Assembly: GCA_965223865.1 (NCBI GenBank)
Contig: OZ245020.1
Location: forward strand, 1,792,001 to 1,856,000
From: Nitrosarchaeum sp.
GTDB lineage: Archaea; Thermoproteota; Nitrososphaeria; Nitrososphaerales; Nitrosopumilaceae
Reading direction: 5' to 3'
Length of the DNA stretch: 64,000 bases
In this document: positions 1 to 9,799 of the stretch, in pieces
Layout of the letters: each line of letters opens with the position of its first letter
Numbering within the stretch: position 1 is the first letter of the stretch
Program-made: the position numbers and the translations under genes
The notes under the pieces: generated by a model
Told to the model about the DNA's origin: nothing
Databases searched by the model: none
The model's input: only the letters and a program-made list of their open reading frames with translations

Positions 1-13
1 TTAATGGAAAAAT

Positions 14-1339
14 CTAGCCAAAACCCATACGTCTTAAAGTACCTTGCATTTGTCTTCCTTTTGATGCCTTCATCATATTTTTTGAATTTTTATAATTTTT
101 GAGTAGCTCTTTTACTTCATGTTCTGGCCATCCAGATCCCCGAGCTATTCGTTTAATTCTAGAAGAGTTTAATAAATCAGGATCTGCTTTTTCATCTTTT
201 GTCATGCTTTGAATAATAAACCTCCATTTGGAAACTCTATCTTCCATTTGATCAAGTTGATCATCTTTTACCATTCCAGAAAGTCCAGGCATATTATCAA
301 GTAAGCCTCGAAGTGATCCAACTTTAGTTACTTCTTCTAATTGATAAAAAAAGTCATCCATATTCATTTTACCACTGGAAATTCGTTTTAATCTAACTTC
401 ATCACCTTCGTTTTCCAATCTTTTTGCAAGATCTAAAACAGCTTGAATATCTCCCATCCCAAGCAATCTTCCGACAAATCTTGTGGGAGAAAACTTTTCT
501 AAATCATCAATTCTTTCACCTGTTCCAATGTACATGATTTGAGCTCCAGTAGCTGCAGAAGCTGCAATGGCGCCACCTCCTTTTGCAGAGCTATCTAGCT
601 TTGTAATTATAATTCCTCCAACTGGAACTGTCTTATGGAATGCTTCTGCTTGATTGAAACATTGTTGTCCTATGGTTCCGTCAATTACCAATAAAGCAAG
701 ATCAGGATTTGCAACCTTGTTAATTTGTCCCATTTCTGCTAGAAGATCTTGTTCTTCTTTATGCCGTCCTGCAGTATCAATAAGAATTACATCAAAAGGC
801 ATTCCTTCAAAATGTTTTAGTCCATTTTTCACAATACTGGGAGAATCTTTGTTATTCTCTTCACCGTATACTTCAATGTTTGATTTTTCACACATTGTTC
901 GTAGTTGTACTAGGGCTCCAGGGCGGTATGTATCAGCACCAATAACTCCTACTTTGTACCCTTGTTTCATCAAAAATTTTGCTAGTTTTGCAGTAACAGT
1001 GGTTTTGCCACTACCTTGAATACCCAACATGATTATCCTATTTTGTTTTCCGGGTTTAAAATCAAAATCAGTCTCTTTTCCAAGTAATTTTGCTAATTCA
1101 TCATAGAGTATCTTTACAATGTGATCCTTTCGGGATAAACCTGGTGGAGGAGTTTCATTCAGTGATCTTTCTTCTAATTGCTTTGTTATTTCAAGAACTA
1201 ATCTAACATTTACATCAGATTGGAGTAATGCTCTTTGAACGTCTTTAGATAGTTCTTTAATTAATTCCTCATCGATGCCTGAGGATTTTACAATCTTCTT
1301 TATGGCACCACGTAAATTGTTTTTGAGGTTATCAAGCAT
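14..1339 (-). CDS. srp54: Signal recognition particle GTPase SRP54
   Basis: NG domain (GIQGSGKTT, DTAGR, TKLD..AKGG) plus Met-rich M domain ending SRIKRIARGSG. Confidence 0.97.
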   Translation of the reverse strand: MLDNLKNNLRGAIKKIVKSSGIDEELIKELSKDVQRALLQSDVNVRLVLEITKQLEERSLNETPPPGLSRKDHIVKILYDELAKLLGKETDFDFKPGKQNRIIMLGIQGSGKTTVTAKLAKFLMKQGYKVGVIGADTYRPGALVQLRTMCEKSNIEVYGEENNKDSPSIVKNGLKHFEGMPFDVILIDTAGRHKEEQDLLAEMGQINKVANPDLALLVIDGTIGQQCFNQAEAFHKTVPVGGIIITKLDSSAKGGGAIAASAATGAQIMYIGTGERIDDLEKFSPTRFVGRLLGMGDIQAVLDLAKRLENEGDEVRLKRISSGKMNMDDFFYQLEEVTKVGSLRGLLDNMPGLSGMVKDDQLDQMEDRVSKWRFIIQSMTKDEKADPDLLNSSRIKRIARGSGWPEHEVKELLKNYKNSKNMMKASKGRQMQGTLRRMGFG

Positions 1340-2021
1340 TATAATTTAACCTCGCTTCCATTATTTCAAACCTTCCTCTATATCCATCCCATTCTTTTTT
1401 ACTTTTCACAATTTTTATAGGATTGGAAAACAATGGGCAATCTAAAACAAATGTTTCTGCTTCACCACCTTCAAAATTCAAATTAAACCCAAATTTTTCA
1501 GACAAAGAGATCAGAGTATTAATATCATTTTTAGTAATTACTTTCCCTAACCATGAGTCATCAAGGCCATCCGAAGAAACACTTGTGATAATGAAAACAA
1601 ATTTTGAAGAAATTAAATCATTCATGTATTGTTGAGGATTACTTTTCCACAGAGGTGCAATCGATTTTAGATTTAATTTATTACAAATATTTTCAAATTT
1701 TTGTTTTTGGTATTGGCTGTTTATTCCACCATGAAGTAATCCTTCAATTCCAAATTCATCCTTTGCCTTTTTTAAGATTTTTCCCAATACAGATTCCTCT
1801 AGTTCTGGATCATTGGATTCAGAACTCCACATTAATTGCGGAATTTCCATAGATTCTGATTGTAAATAAGTCCAGTGTAAATTTGGGTAATGAAGTAAAT
1901 GACTTTCTTCAGATTTTGGAAAAATACTTAGAAGACATTTTATCTCATGTCCCTTCTTTTTTGCTAAATAAATTGAATAAGTGCTATCTTTTCCACCAGA
2001 AAAAAGGACACCTAATTTCAT
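1332..2021 (-). CDS. Diphthine--ammonia ligase (Dph6, PP-loop ATPase)
   Basis: MKLGVLFSGGKDS PP-loop and EGGEAET motif; ATG at 2021 preferred over the TTG at 2048. Confidence 0.88.
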   Translation of the reverse strand: MKLGVLFSGGKDSTYSIYLAKKKGHEIKCLLSIFPKSEESHLLHYPNLHWTYLQSESMEIPQLMWSSESNDPELEESVLGKILKKAKDEFGIEGLLHGGINSQYQKQKFENICNKLNLKSIAPLWKSNPQQYMNDLISSKFVFIITSVSSDGLDDSWLGKVITKNDINTLISLSEKFGFNLNFEGGEAETFVLDCPLFSNPIKIVKSKKEWDGYRGRFEIMEARLNYNA

Positions 2022-2081
2022 AATCTTAGACAAATTTAGCCAAAACAAATCTGTTGGGATTTGTTAGGAGTAATAATAACA

Positions 2082-2146
2082 GGATGCTTCATTACTCATA
2101 ATCCTCATCAACACTCAGACGGCTTTTCCGCTCATCATCAGCATCC
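2082..2146 (-). ncRNA. Box C/D guide sRNA
   Basis: Minus strand reads GGATGCT-g-ATGATGA(C)-gcggaaaagccgt-CTGA(D')-gtgt-TGATGA(C')-ggattatgagta-ATGA(D variant)-AGCATCC; 7-bp terminal stem, 12-13 nt guides. Confidence 0.85.
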
Positions 2147-2149
2147 ATA

Positions 2150-2560
2150 TTAACTTTTGATACGCATTATTTTAGTTCTGTCCATTACTTTCCAATATTC
2201 GACATTTTGACCATTTTCTAATTTACCTTTTATTTCGTCATCCACCATTGTAACATCAATTGTTTCAAAGGTTTCTGAATCCATAATTTGGATTGTTTCT
2301 CCAATAATAGAGATAATTTGACCAGTTCTTTTATCGATTAAAGGTACATGAATCTGCATACTAACAGGTCCAACATGTGGTCTTTTTTGGTCATCAAAAA
2401 CTCCCACGCCAACAATTCTTGCTTTGGCGGCTCCATGTTTTCCTGGTTTCGAGGTGTCATATTCAACTATTCTACATGGTTCTCCAGTCACTTGATCACC
2501 CACTGGGAGTAGGATATAAGATCCAATTTTTAATGAACCAAGGTCTGCAGGTTTACTCAT
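2150..2560 (-). CDS. eif5a: Translation factor aIF5A
   Basis: Hypusine motif SKPGKHGAAK. Confidence 0.96.
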   Translation of the reverse strand: MSKPADLGSLKIGSYILLPVGDQVTGEPCRIVEYDTSKPGKHGAAKARIVGVGVFDDQKRPHVGPVSMQIHVPLIDKRTGQIISIIGETIQIMDSETFETIDVTMVDDEIKGKLENGQNVEYWKVMDRTKIMRIKS

Positions 2561-2987
2561 GAAAAAACAGTTTTCTGTCGAATATTTAACTTGTACGCAT
2601 ATAAAATGTCAAGAAAACAATTGTAAAATTTTCCTGTATTTTATTTTCTAAAATTATTAACTACCATAAATGATAAATCAGATTTTTGTTAATACATTTC
2701 TGATCTTTAGATAGAATTAGAATTTTAACATGAGAACCTTTAGAAGGATAAAATGTAATTTTTGATATGAACTTTCTAGAATAATTTCCTCTAAAAGGAA
2801 AACTTGATTTGCTTCATTTACCAATTGTTTCATTTTTTCATATTTCAATTTGAAACACTTATGCTCTCAGAGTAGTTTTTTGATAATTTATTCAAATTGT
2901 TTTTAATTAAAAATATACTTTGTTATTTTTATGAAACAGTCTGGGAAAATTATAACTTAGCCTTTTTAAAATACAAAATTTTTGGAA

Positions 2988-3599
2988 TTACTTGATATTA
3001 TCTAAAATAGAAAGACTCATCAAATTAGTCATTATCAAACCTTTTCTATTAACATCTCGCCTTGTTTTTTCACAATATTTCTTTACACTTTGATGACTCT
3101 TTTCACTTGCTACTTCAATAATTACAATATTATCAGCATAAGGAAAAGTAAATTTGGATGGGATTTTACAAAAAGTGTCCATATAACCTAGTCCGGCAAC
3201 ATAGATTTTATCTCGCTTTAAGAGAAGATTTGCAATTTCTTGCAGGTCCTCATCAGATTCTGCATATTCTAAATAATAAATTGAAATAAAATTTGTGTCT
3301 CCTTGGAACTCTCTCTCAAATAGATCATCTTTTACATTGAAGACAAATGATGTCTTTTCTTGATTGTATTTTTTTAGATCTTGTGTAATATTATATCCAT
3401 CCTTGAATTTTGCCAAGAGGTAATGATTTGTAGAGTCCGAAAAGTAAGGTTTGCTTTCGCCAGAAAAAGTACCGGTTACAAAATATAATTTTTCAATATT
3501 TTCGGATTGCAACCATTTATCTTTTAATTCAACAGATTCGTGGTTATGAAGATAAGAAGCACACACATAACCTGAAAAAGCTAGTTCGAGTTTATACAC
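2988..3599 (-). CDS. Hypothetical protein
   Basis: 203-aa ORF with an upstream TATA-like element; no family recognised. Confidence 0.65.
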   Translation of the reverse strand: MYKLELAFSGYVCASYLHNHESVELKDKWLQSENIEKLYFVTGTFSGESKPYFSDSTNHYLLAKFKDGYNITQDLKKYNQEKTSFVFNVKDDLFEREFQGDTNFISIYYLEYAESDEDLQEIANLLLKRDKIYVAGLGYMDTFCKIPSKFTFPYADNIVIIEVASEKSHQSVKKYCEKTRRDVNRKGLIMTNLMSLSILDNIK

Positions 3600-3710
3600 A
3601 GTGCCAATTCTTGAAAAATACTATTTATGCCTATTTGAACTAGGTCTGATCTGCTTGAAAATTTGATATCTTCGATAGTTTTTTAATACTAGAATGTTTC
3701 GAAATTTTGT

Positions 3711-3836
3711 CCCAAGCTAGCTCAGCCTGGTAGAGCTTCCGGCTGTAGTTGTCGGCTTTGATGGCTGACCGAATAACAGCATATCAGGCATACAGAAACC
3801 GGGTTGTCGAAGGTTCAATTCCTTCGCTTGGGACCA
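3711..3836 (+). tRNA. tRNA-Tyr(GTA) with 49-nt intron (3749-3797) at position 37/38; CCA encoded
   Basis: Acceptor stem CCCAAGC/GCTTGGG (C1-G72), anticodon arm TCCGG-CT-GTA-G..A-CCGGG, T arm GAAGG-TTCAATT-CCTTC; intron TACAG pairs with CTGTA (BHB-like). Confidence 0.95.
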
Positions 3837-3929
3837 CAAGCCTTTGAATTTATTTAAACATTAGAAATAAAAAATGAATTAATTTAAGAAAACAAAAATT
3901 ACTCTTAAATTATAAAAAATATCTTTTGC

Positions 3930-4121
3930 CTATGCTGATTTTTTGACTTTTTGAGCAGCTGGTCCTTTCTTACCTTCGCCTACTTCGAACTCAACTTTAT
4001 CGCCTTCATTGATGAATCCATCAACATCTGATTTGTGAACGAATAGATCGTCACCAGATTCTCTTTCGATAAAACCAAAGCCTTTTGTACGGTTGAACCA
4101 TTTTACTGTGCCTTGTTCCAT
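3930..4121 (-). CDS. Cold-shock domain protein (CspA-like)
   Basis: [16 protein letters not shown] (RNP1), DLFVH (RNP2); ATG at 4121. Confidence 0.95.
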   Translation of the reverse strand: MEQGTVKWFNRTKGFGFIERESGDDLFVHKSDVDGFINEGDKVEFEVGEGKKGPAAQKVKKSA

Positions 4122-4206
4122 TTGACTTGGGGTAATATCAACCCGTATATTAAGTAGGCACTTAAAACGAGAGGACAGGAAAATTACCTTCAAAAAAAGA
4201 TTGAAT

Positions 4207-4518
4207 TTAGAAATCTTTTGGAATATGATTATTTGTTTTAAGCCACTCTACTTGAGGTAAAGTAAATCTCCAAACAATATCTCCTTTTTCTGATTCATTA
4301 AAGTCCCAAGGTGCAATTATCACGATATCATTATCACGTATCCAAACACGTCTCTTTAATTTTCCACGAATTCTACCACGTCTAGTAATACCATCAGTGC
4401 ATTTTATCAGGACATTTTCTCCACCTAGCATTTTAAGAACTCTACCAAATAATTCTCCCTCTTCTGGTAATCGAATTTCTTTTAAGTCGCTTTCATTTTT
4501 TACTTGACGTTTGCCCAT
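4207..4518 (-). CDS. eif1a: Translation initiation factor aIF1A
   Basis: [24 protein letters not shown]. Confidence 0.95.
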   Translation of the reverse strand: MGKRQVKNESDLKEIRLPEEGELFGRVLKMLGGENVLIKCTDGITRRGRIRGKLKRRVWIRDNDIVIIAPWDFNESEKGDIVWRFTLPQVEWLKTNNHIPKDF

Positions 4519-4625
4519 ACTAATTGTTCACATCATCATCATATAACTGTGGGGATTTTGAAAAAGATTTCATTAATTTTGCAAAATTACAAAGAGATTT
4601 TATTTATACCCAATTAGATTTCAAT

Positions 4626-5186
4626 GTGGAATTCAAATGTATTCAAGATTGCTCCCAATGTTGTATTGAGAGAGAGTATTACCCTAATAAAAAATTTGGA
4701 AAAATAGGAGTATTGATACTGCCAGAAGAAAAACAAAAAATAGAGAATTTGGCAAAAAAATATAGAATAAAGATTACTATCTTACCAAGAATAGGAGTAT
4801 CCTTTAAGGAAAATGAAAAGCCAAAAGTATTAGCATATCAAATGATGGGAATAGAAAAAAATGGAAATACATGCCCGTTTCTTGACACTAAAACAGAAAA
4901 CAGATCACCACATGGTGGTTATCCATGCAAAATTTACACAGATAGACCATTAGCATGTATGACATACCCATTGACTCAGATTAATCCAATTGAGCTTGAT
5001 CAAAAATGCAAATTTTGTAAGGAGCATGGTACTGCAGACAAGAATTTAAATTCAGAAATAGAATCCCTGTTAAAAATTAAAAACAAAATGAATACCAATG
5101 CACCTTTCATATGGAGGTATGCAACGGGAATTGGAGAAGAATCAGATCAAGATCAAATCAAGTCAGGTTGGATTCCTGATGATTGA
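4626..5186 (+). CDS. YkgJ-family cysteine-cluster (Zn/Fe-chelating) protein
   Basis: FKCxxxCxxCC, CPFL, CKIY..RPLAC.TYP; probable GTG start at 4626. Confidence 0.85.
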   Translation: MEFKCIQDCSQCCIEREYYPNKKFGKIGVLILPEEKQKIENLAKKYRIKITILPRIGVSFKENEKPKVLAYQMMGIEKNGNTCPFLDTKTENRSPHGGYPCKIYTDRPLACMTYPLTQINPIELDQKCKFCKEHGTADKNLNSEIESLLKIKNKMNTNAPFIWRYATGIGEESDQDQIKSGWIPDD

Positions 5187-5196
5187 TAAAAATCAA

Positions 5197-6249
5197 CTAT
5201 GGATTGATTACAGCACGACCAAGAATCTTTCTTGCCTTCAAGTCCTCCAAAGCTGTATTAGCCTCGTCAAGAGAATATCTTTTGGATATCATCGGATTAA
5301 TAACTCCCTTCCTTGCAAGATCCAGTAATTCAACCATATCATTGTAATTTCCAGTGTAAGCACCTTGAATTATGATAGATTTTAGAGGAATAGTAACTAA
5401 TGACATTTCGATAGAGCCCCCAAACAATCCAACTAAAACTAGATTACCTCTTTTTCTTAGAACTGCCAATCCTAATTTTGCTGTTGGTGGTGCATTAACA
5501 AAATCAACAACACTATCTGCACCTTTGTTGTTACAGATAGAAATTATCTTTTGAGAAGTTTCAGGATCTTTTGAATTGAGAATAAAGTCTGCACCCATTT
5601 CTTTGGCAGTCTCTAATTTTTGATCATCAAGATCTACACAAATGATTTTGGCTTTTGTTATTGCTTTTGCAATCTGAACTCCCATCAAACCTAAACCTCC
5701 AGCTCCAATAACTACAAGAAATTCCGGAGAATTTTGATTAGATTTTTTGATAGCGGTATATGCAGTTAGACCAGAACATGCCAAAGAAGTAGCAGATTCA
5801 GGATCAATACCATCTAATTTTGCCAAGTATTTGTAATGAGGAATAAGAGAGTAATCAGAATAACCACCATCTTGAAAAACTCCAAGAGATTTTGGTGCAT
5901 CACACAAATTTTCATTTCCAACCTTACAAGCAGGACATTCACCACAACCAATCCAAGGATAAACTAAAACCTCATCATCTTTTGAAAAACCAGTAACACC
6001 ACTACCTACATCAACAACAGTTCCAACAATTTCATGTCCTGGAGTAACAGGATATTTTACACCCCTATCAGTGACTTTCATAAATTGGCCATCTCCCAAA
6101 TCATAACCCCCTTCCCACAGATGAAGATCACTATGGCATACGCCTACTGCCTTTACCTTTACTAGAACCTGATTATCTTGAGGTTGAGGGTTTTCAGATT
6201 CTGAAATTTTCAATGGTTCATTTGGACCTGTAATTCTAGCAGATTTCAT
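5197..6249 (-). CDS. Zn-dependent medium-chain alcohol dehydrogenase
   Basis: GVCHSD, GHE, CxxCxxCx7C structural Zn site, GAGGLG Rossmann motif. Confidence 0.93.
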   Translation of the reverse strand: MKSARITGPNEPLKISESENPQPQDNQVLVKVKAVGVCHSDLHLWEGGYDLGDGQFMKVTDRGVKYPVTPGHEIVGTVVDVGSGVTGFSKDDEVLVYPWIGCGECPACKVGNENLCDAPKSLGVFQDGGYSDYSLIPHYKYLAKLDGIDPESATSLACSGLTAYTAIKKSNQNSPEFLVVIGAGGLGLMGVQIAKAITKAKIICVDLDDQKLETAKEMGADFILNSKDPETSQKIISICNNKGADSVVDFVNAPPTAKLGLAVLRKRGNLVLVGLFGGSIEMSLVTIPLKSIIIQGAYTGNYNDMVELLDLARKGVINPMISKRYSLDEANTALEDLKARKILGRAVINP

Positions 6250-6345
6250 AAATTAGTAATTCAACCTTAACAATATAAGAGTTGACTGGATGTGAGAAAA
6301 AAATAGAGCCCTTAGATATTATTGAATAAAAATTGAAATCAGGAT

Positions 6346-7020
6346 GTGAGTGAAGAACAAAATCTAAGTATATCTTCCGCGCCGGTAAACGTTTTATTTA
6401 ATCCGCTTTCAGATACAAAAAAAGAGGTTTGGGAAATTGATCTTATTCAAATTTTGAATTTACTAATTAAGATTCTTGAAAAGAGTGGAAAAAAGGATCT
6501 AAGAGTTGCTGGAATGGCAGCTTTATCATCTTCTTTAATATACAGAATGAAGGTTGAAAGTATTTTTGCATTACAAAGGGCTGCAATAGAAAAAAAACCA
6601 TTAAAACAACGAACAGATGTAGACATAGAATTAGTCGATATTCCTTATAGACATGAATCTACATATCCAGTGTCATTAGATGATTTGTTAGGATTATTAC
6701 AGAATCTAATTGGAACAATGGCAAATCCACAATCTAGAAGAAATAAACAAGTTGAAATTGAACCAATTGAACCACCAGATTTTCAAGAATATTTCATTTC
6801 ACTTGAAAGTATAATTGGAAAATATGAAGATTTGATTATTAGAAAGATTACTCCAGAAGGAGGAGGATTGCTTCAAAACATCATAATAGATCTTGACGAA
6901 GTTGATTCCATAAGATGTTTTTTCGCAATTTTATTTTTGGCAAGAGACCAGAAGATAGAATTAGAACAAGTTGAAGACGACATTAAAATTACTTTGATAA
7001 ATGAGAAGTTTACAAACTGA
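6346..7020 (+). CDS. scpA: Segregation/condensation protein A-like (kleisin ScpA)
   Basis: WEIDL N-terminus, C-terminal FFAILFLA...LEQ winged helix; directly upstream of scpB. Confidence 0.75.
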   Translation: MSEEQNLSISSAPVNVLFNPLSDTKKEVWEIDLIQILNLLIKILEKSGKKDLRVAGMAALSSSLIYRMKVESIFALQRAAIEKKPLKQRTDVDIELVDIPYRHESTYPVSLDDLLGLLQNLIGTMANPQSRRNKQVEIEPIEPPDFQEYFISLESIIGKYEDLIIRKITPEGGGLLQNIIIDLDEVDSIRCFFAILFLARDQKIELEQVEDDIKITLINEKFTN

Positions 7021-7054
7021 TCAAAAATGGAGAAAGAATTTCTTTAAGTAATTT

Positions 7055-7651
7055 TTGAGGAGAAAAAGAGAATTGGCGAAAATAGACGATATGAATAAAG
7101 CAACAGCAAGAATAGAAGCTGCTCTTTATTCGGCGGGACGACCATTAAGAATAGAAGAATTAATTCGAGCTTCAGGCACAGAATCACGTACTAAAACACA
7201 AGAATGCCTCAACAACATTATGAAAAGGGCAAGAACCGCATTTAGAGCAATAGAAATAGCCATACTTCCAGATGGGTCTTATGTCTTTCAATTAAAACCA
7301 GAGTATAGTTCAACAGTAAAAAAATATGCATCAAAACCAATTTTACCAAATGCAACTTTAAAGACGTTATCCTACATTGCATACATGCAACCAATATCAT
7401 CAAAACAACTTGTAGAAACAAGAGGTTCAGGGGTTTACGCGCATCTTAAAGAATTAAAGCAATTAGATTTTATCAGTAATCAAAATGTAGGAAGATTGAA
7501 GATTTACAGCACTACTGAAAAATTCCAAAAATATTTTGGAATTCAAGGAGACGTAGAAAATCTCAAACAAAGATTATTTTCAAAAATAAGAAAGACTGCA
7601 GCTAGATCACTTAAGAATACTACAAACTCTATCATAACAGAAATCAAATAG
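7055..7651 (+). CDS. scpB: SMC-Scp complex subunit ScpB
   Basis: IEAALYSAG, TLSYIAYMQPI..RG, YSTTEKFQKYFG; true start may be slightly downstream. Confidence 0.9.
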   Translation: MRRKRELAKIDDMNKATARIEAALYSAGRPLRIEELIRASGTESRTKTQECLNNIMKRARTAFRAIEIAILPDGSYVFQLKPEYSSTVKKYASKPILPNATLKTLSYIAYMQPISSKQLVETRGSGVYAHLKELKQLDFISNQNVGRLKIYSTTEKFQKYFGIQGDVENLKQRLFSKIRKTAARSLKNTTNSIITEIK

Positions 7652-7718
7652 ACATAATTTTTAGCATAAGCCTATTTCTTTGCGTTTTGTATAAATTAGA
7701 GTAAACAAGAAGAAATAT

Positions 7719-8099
7719 GTGAGAAAATCTGTTGAGAACCTTGCAACCAGTAAAACAACTGGTGGAAGAAGACATCCATTGAGAATTAGACGCAAATATG
7801 AAACGGACAGATATCCAAATGAAGCTGTAAATGAAGTTCAAGTAACCATTACTAGGAGAATTCGAGGCAAAAATAAAAAAACAGCTTTAAAGTCAATAGA
7901 TTTTGTAAATTTAGCAACTGAGGGTCCTAAAGTAAAGAAAACAAAAATTCTCAAAGTTTTAGAAAATGCTACAAATAATGATTATCAAAGAAGAGGCATC
8001 ATAACCAAAGGCGCAATATTAGAAACACAAGAAGGAAAATGTAAAGTGGTTTCTAGACCTGGACAGAACGGAATAGTTAACGCAATTCTCTTAAAGTGA
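7719..8099 (+). CDS. rps8e: 30S ribosomal protein S8e
   Basis: KTTGG, IITKGAI, VSRPGQNGIVNA. Confidence 0.95.
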   Translation: MRKSVENLATSKTTGGRRHPLRIRRKYETDRYPNEAVNEVQVTITRRIRGKNKKTALKSIDFVNLATEGPKVKKTKILKVLENATNNDYQRRGIITKGAILETQEGKCKVVSRPGQNGIVNAILLK

Positions 8100-8103
8100 T
8101 TTC

Positions 8104-8403
8104 ATGAAGGATTACGAACATATCGTAGTCTGGTTGGATTATTTCAATAAAACATTACCAAGAGTTAAAGGCAGAAAGCTTGGAAAAGAAAAATGTGTTT
8201 TTGATCCTTCACTAAAAGAATTAGCAGATGCAGCAACAGCAGCAGGTTTTGAAATCACAGAAACTGATGACAAAGTAAGATTTCCAAGAAGACCATATGT
8301 TAGGTCGGGGTACATTGTGTTACCAAAAGGATCTTCAAAGACAAAAATTCTTAACAAAATTTCAGAAAAATTAGTTTCAAAACGTTCCAAACAATCAAAA
8401 TAA
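8104..8403 (+). CDS. srp19: Signal recognition particle protein SRP19
   Basis: VWLDYFN..LPR.KGRK..P, FPR..G pattern; follows rps8e. Confidence 0.85.
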   Translation: MKDYEHIVVWLDYFNKTLPRVKGRKLGKEKCVFDPSLKELADAATAAGFEITETDDKVRFPRRPYVRSGYIVLPKGSSKTKILNKISEKLVSKRSKQSK

Positions 8404-8477
8404 AATCAATTCTAGCTGTTAGCTAAAGTAAAGTTGACAGAAGTCTATGAAAAGAATATGATGCTTATTGTTTTTAA

Positions 8478-8744
8478 TTGCAGGAGGTAGGCGAAATAAT
8501 GCACCTAGCCGGTAGTGGCAGAGTAATTATTCAACTATCAAACAAATTAGTTGAAGGGCAAATTCTCTGTGACGAGAAGGGAACTAGAATTGCAAAAGTA
8601 ATGGAATTAATTGGTCCAGTAAAAAGACCGTTTGCATCAGCAACTCCATTAACAAATAACATCAAAAAATACATTGGCAAAAGTGTTTTCGCAACTGAAT
8701 ATTCTCCTGCTAAAATACAAAAAAATAGGAGAAGAAAAAATTGA
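8478..8744 (+). CDS. gar1: H/ACA RNP protein Gar1
   Basis: V.ELIGPV.RP.A motif; conserved position before tfb. Confidence 0.85.
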   Translation: MQEVGEIMHLAGSGRVIIQLSNKLVEGQILCDEKGTRIAKVMELIGPVKRPFASATPLTNNIKKYIGKSVFATEYSPAKIQKNRRRKN

Positions 8745-9697
8745 ACATATTACAAACACAAAACTGTCCTGAATGTCAATCATCATTAGTTGATGACATT
8801 CAGAATGGAGAAGTTATCTGTTCTGGTTGTGGCGTAGTTGTTGCAGATCAGATTGCAGATTATGGTCCAGAAACCAAAAGCTCAAATCTCGAAGACAAGA
8901 TGAAGCTTGCAAGAGCATCCGGACAAACGACATATTCACAACATGACTTGGGAATTGCAACTGAGATATCAATTAGTTCTAAAGACTTCAGTGGAAAAAC
9001 AATCAATCACGACGTTGCAAATCAAATGCACAATCTCAGAAAATGGCAACAAAGAGTAAGAGTTTCCTCACCAAGAGAAAGAAGACTAGCAAATGTGTTA
9101 TCAAAAATGGGTGAAACATGTGACAGTCTAAATCTTTCAAAAAATGTTTTGGAAACTGCATCAATGATTTACAGAAACTTGGATGGACATGTTGATGTAA
9201 AGGGAAAATCAGTAGCAAGTATTACAGCTGCTACAATTTACATGGCATGTAAGCAATGTGATGTAGTAAGATCACTTGAAGAAATTTGTCGAGGAATATG
9301 TGCACCAAAAGATGTTAAATCAAAAACAAAACTTGCAGCAAGGTACTATAGAACTATGGTAATGGAAATGGGACAACTTACAGCACCAGTAGTTACCATG
9401 GACAAGTACATCTCAAAAATTGCAAATATGACGCAAACCGAAGTTAGAGTTGAAAGATTAGCTTTGGAAATTGCTGAAAAAACCAAAGACAGCAGTATTG
9501 CTGATGGAAAGGCACCAAACGGAATTGCAGCAGCATATCTGTATGTAGCCTCGGTGTTATTGGGACAAAATGTCCTCCAAAGAGATGTATCCAGTATTGC
9601 AGGCGTCACTGAGGTAACCATCAGAAATAGATGTAAAGAGATTCTAACAAATTACAAACTCAAAATTACTTTGAGACCATCTCTGGCCAAATACTAA
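8741..9697 (+). CDS. tfb: Transcription initiation factor IIB (TFB)
   Basis: Zn ribbon CPEC..CSGCG, two cyclin folds, GVTEVTIRNR HTH. Confidence 0.96.
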   Translation: MNILQTQNCPECQSSLVDDIQNGEVICSGCGVVVADQIADYGPETKSSNLEDKMKLARASGQTTYSQHDLGIATEISISSKDFSGKTINHDVANQMHNLRKWQQRVRVSSPRERRLANVLSKMGETCDSLNLSKNVLETASMIYRNLDGHVDVKGKSVASITAATIYMACKQCDVVRSLEEICRGICAPKDVKSKTKLAARYYRTMVMEMGQLTAPVVTMDKYISKIANMTQTEVRVERLALEIAEKTKDSSIADGKAPNGIAAAYLYVASVLLGQNVLQRDVSSIAGVTEVTIRNRCKEILTNYKLKITLRPSLAKY

Positions 9698-9744
9698 TCC
9701 AAATCCCCTTTTTCATTTTATTAGAGTTTATTTACAAGACTTGG

Positions 9745-9758
9745 TTAGGATCAACTAA
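9745..9758 (+). promoter_or_regulatory. Palindromic TTAG-N6-CTAA site upstream of the sufC TATA box
   Basis: TTAGgatcaaCTAA 12 bp before TTATATA; similar sites precede sufB. Confidence 0.5.
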
Positions 9759-9799
9759 TTTTCGTGGGCATTATATATAGAGAAACAAAATAATCACAC

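Noticed and set aside
2118-2131. D' guide targeting tRNA-Lys(UUU) C32
   Set aside because: GGCUUUU fits an anticodon arm, but the following CCGC does not match the expected A37-A38; target left unassigned
2092-2148. 18-aa ORF MDADDERKSRLSVDEDYE on the minus strand
   Set aside because: Better explained by the C/D boxes and terminal stem of the sRNA
3599-3607. Extra TTGGCACTG box copy
   Set aside because: It overlaps the start codon, downstream of the TATA box, so not at the conserved spacing; probably chance
8412-8426. TAGCT/AGCTA palindrome before gar1-tfb as a suf-type site
   Set aside because: Spacing is N7 rather than N6, and it sits just after the srp19 stop; single instance
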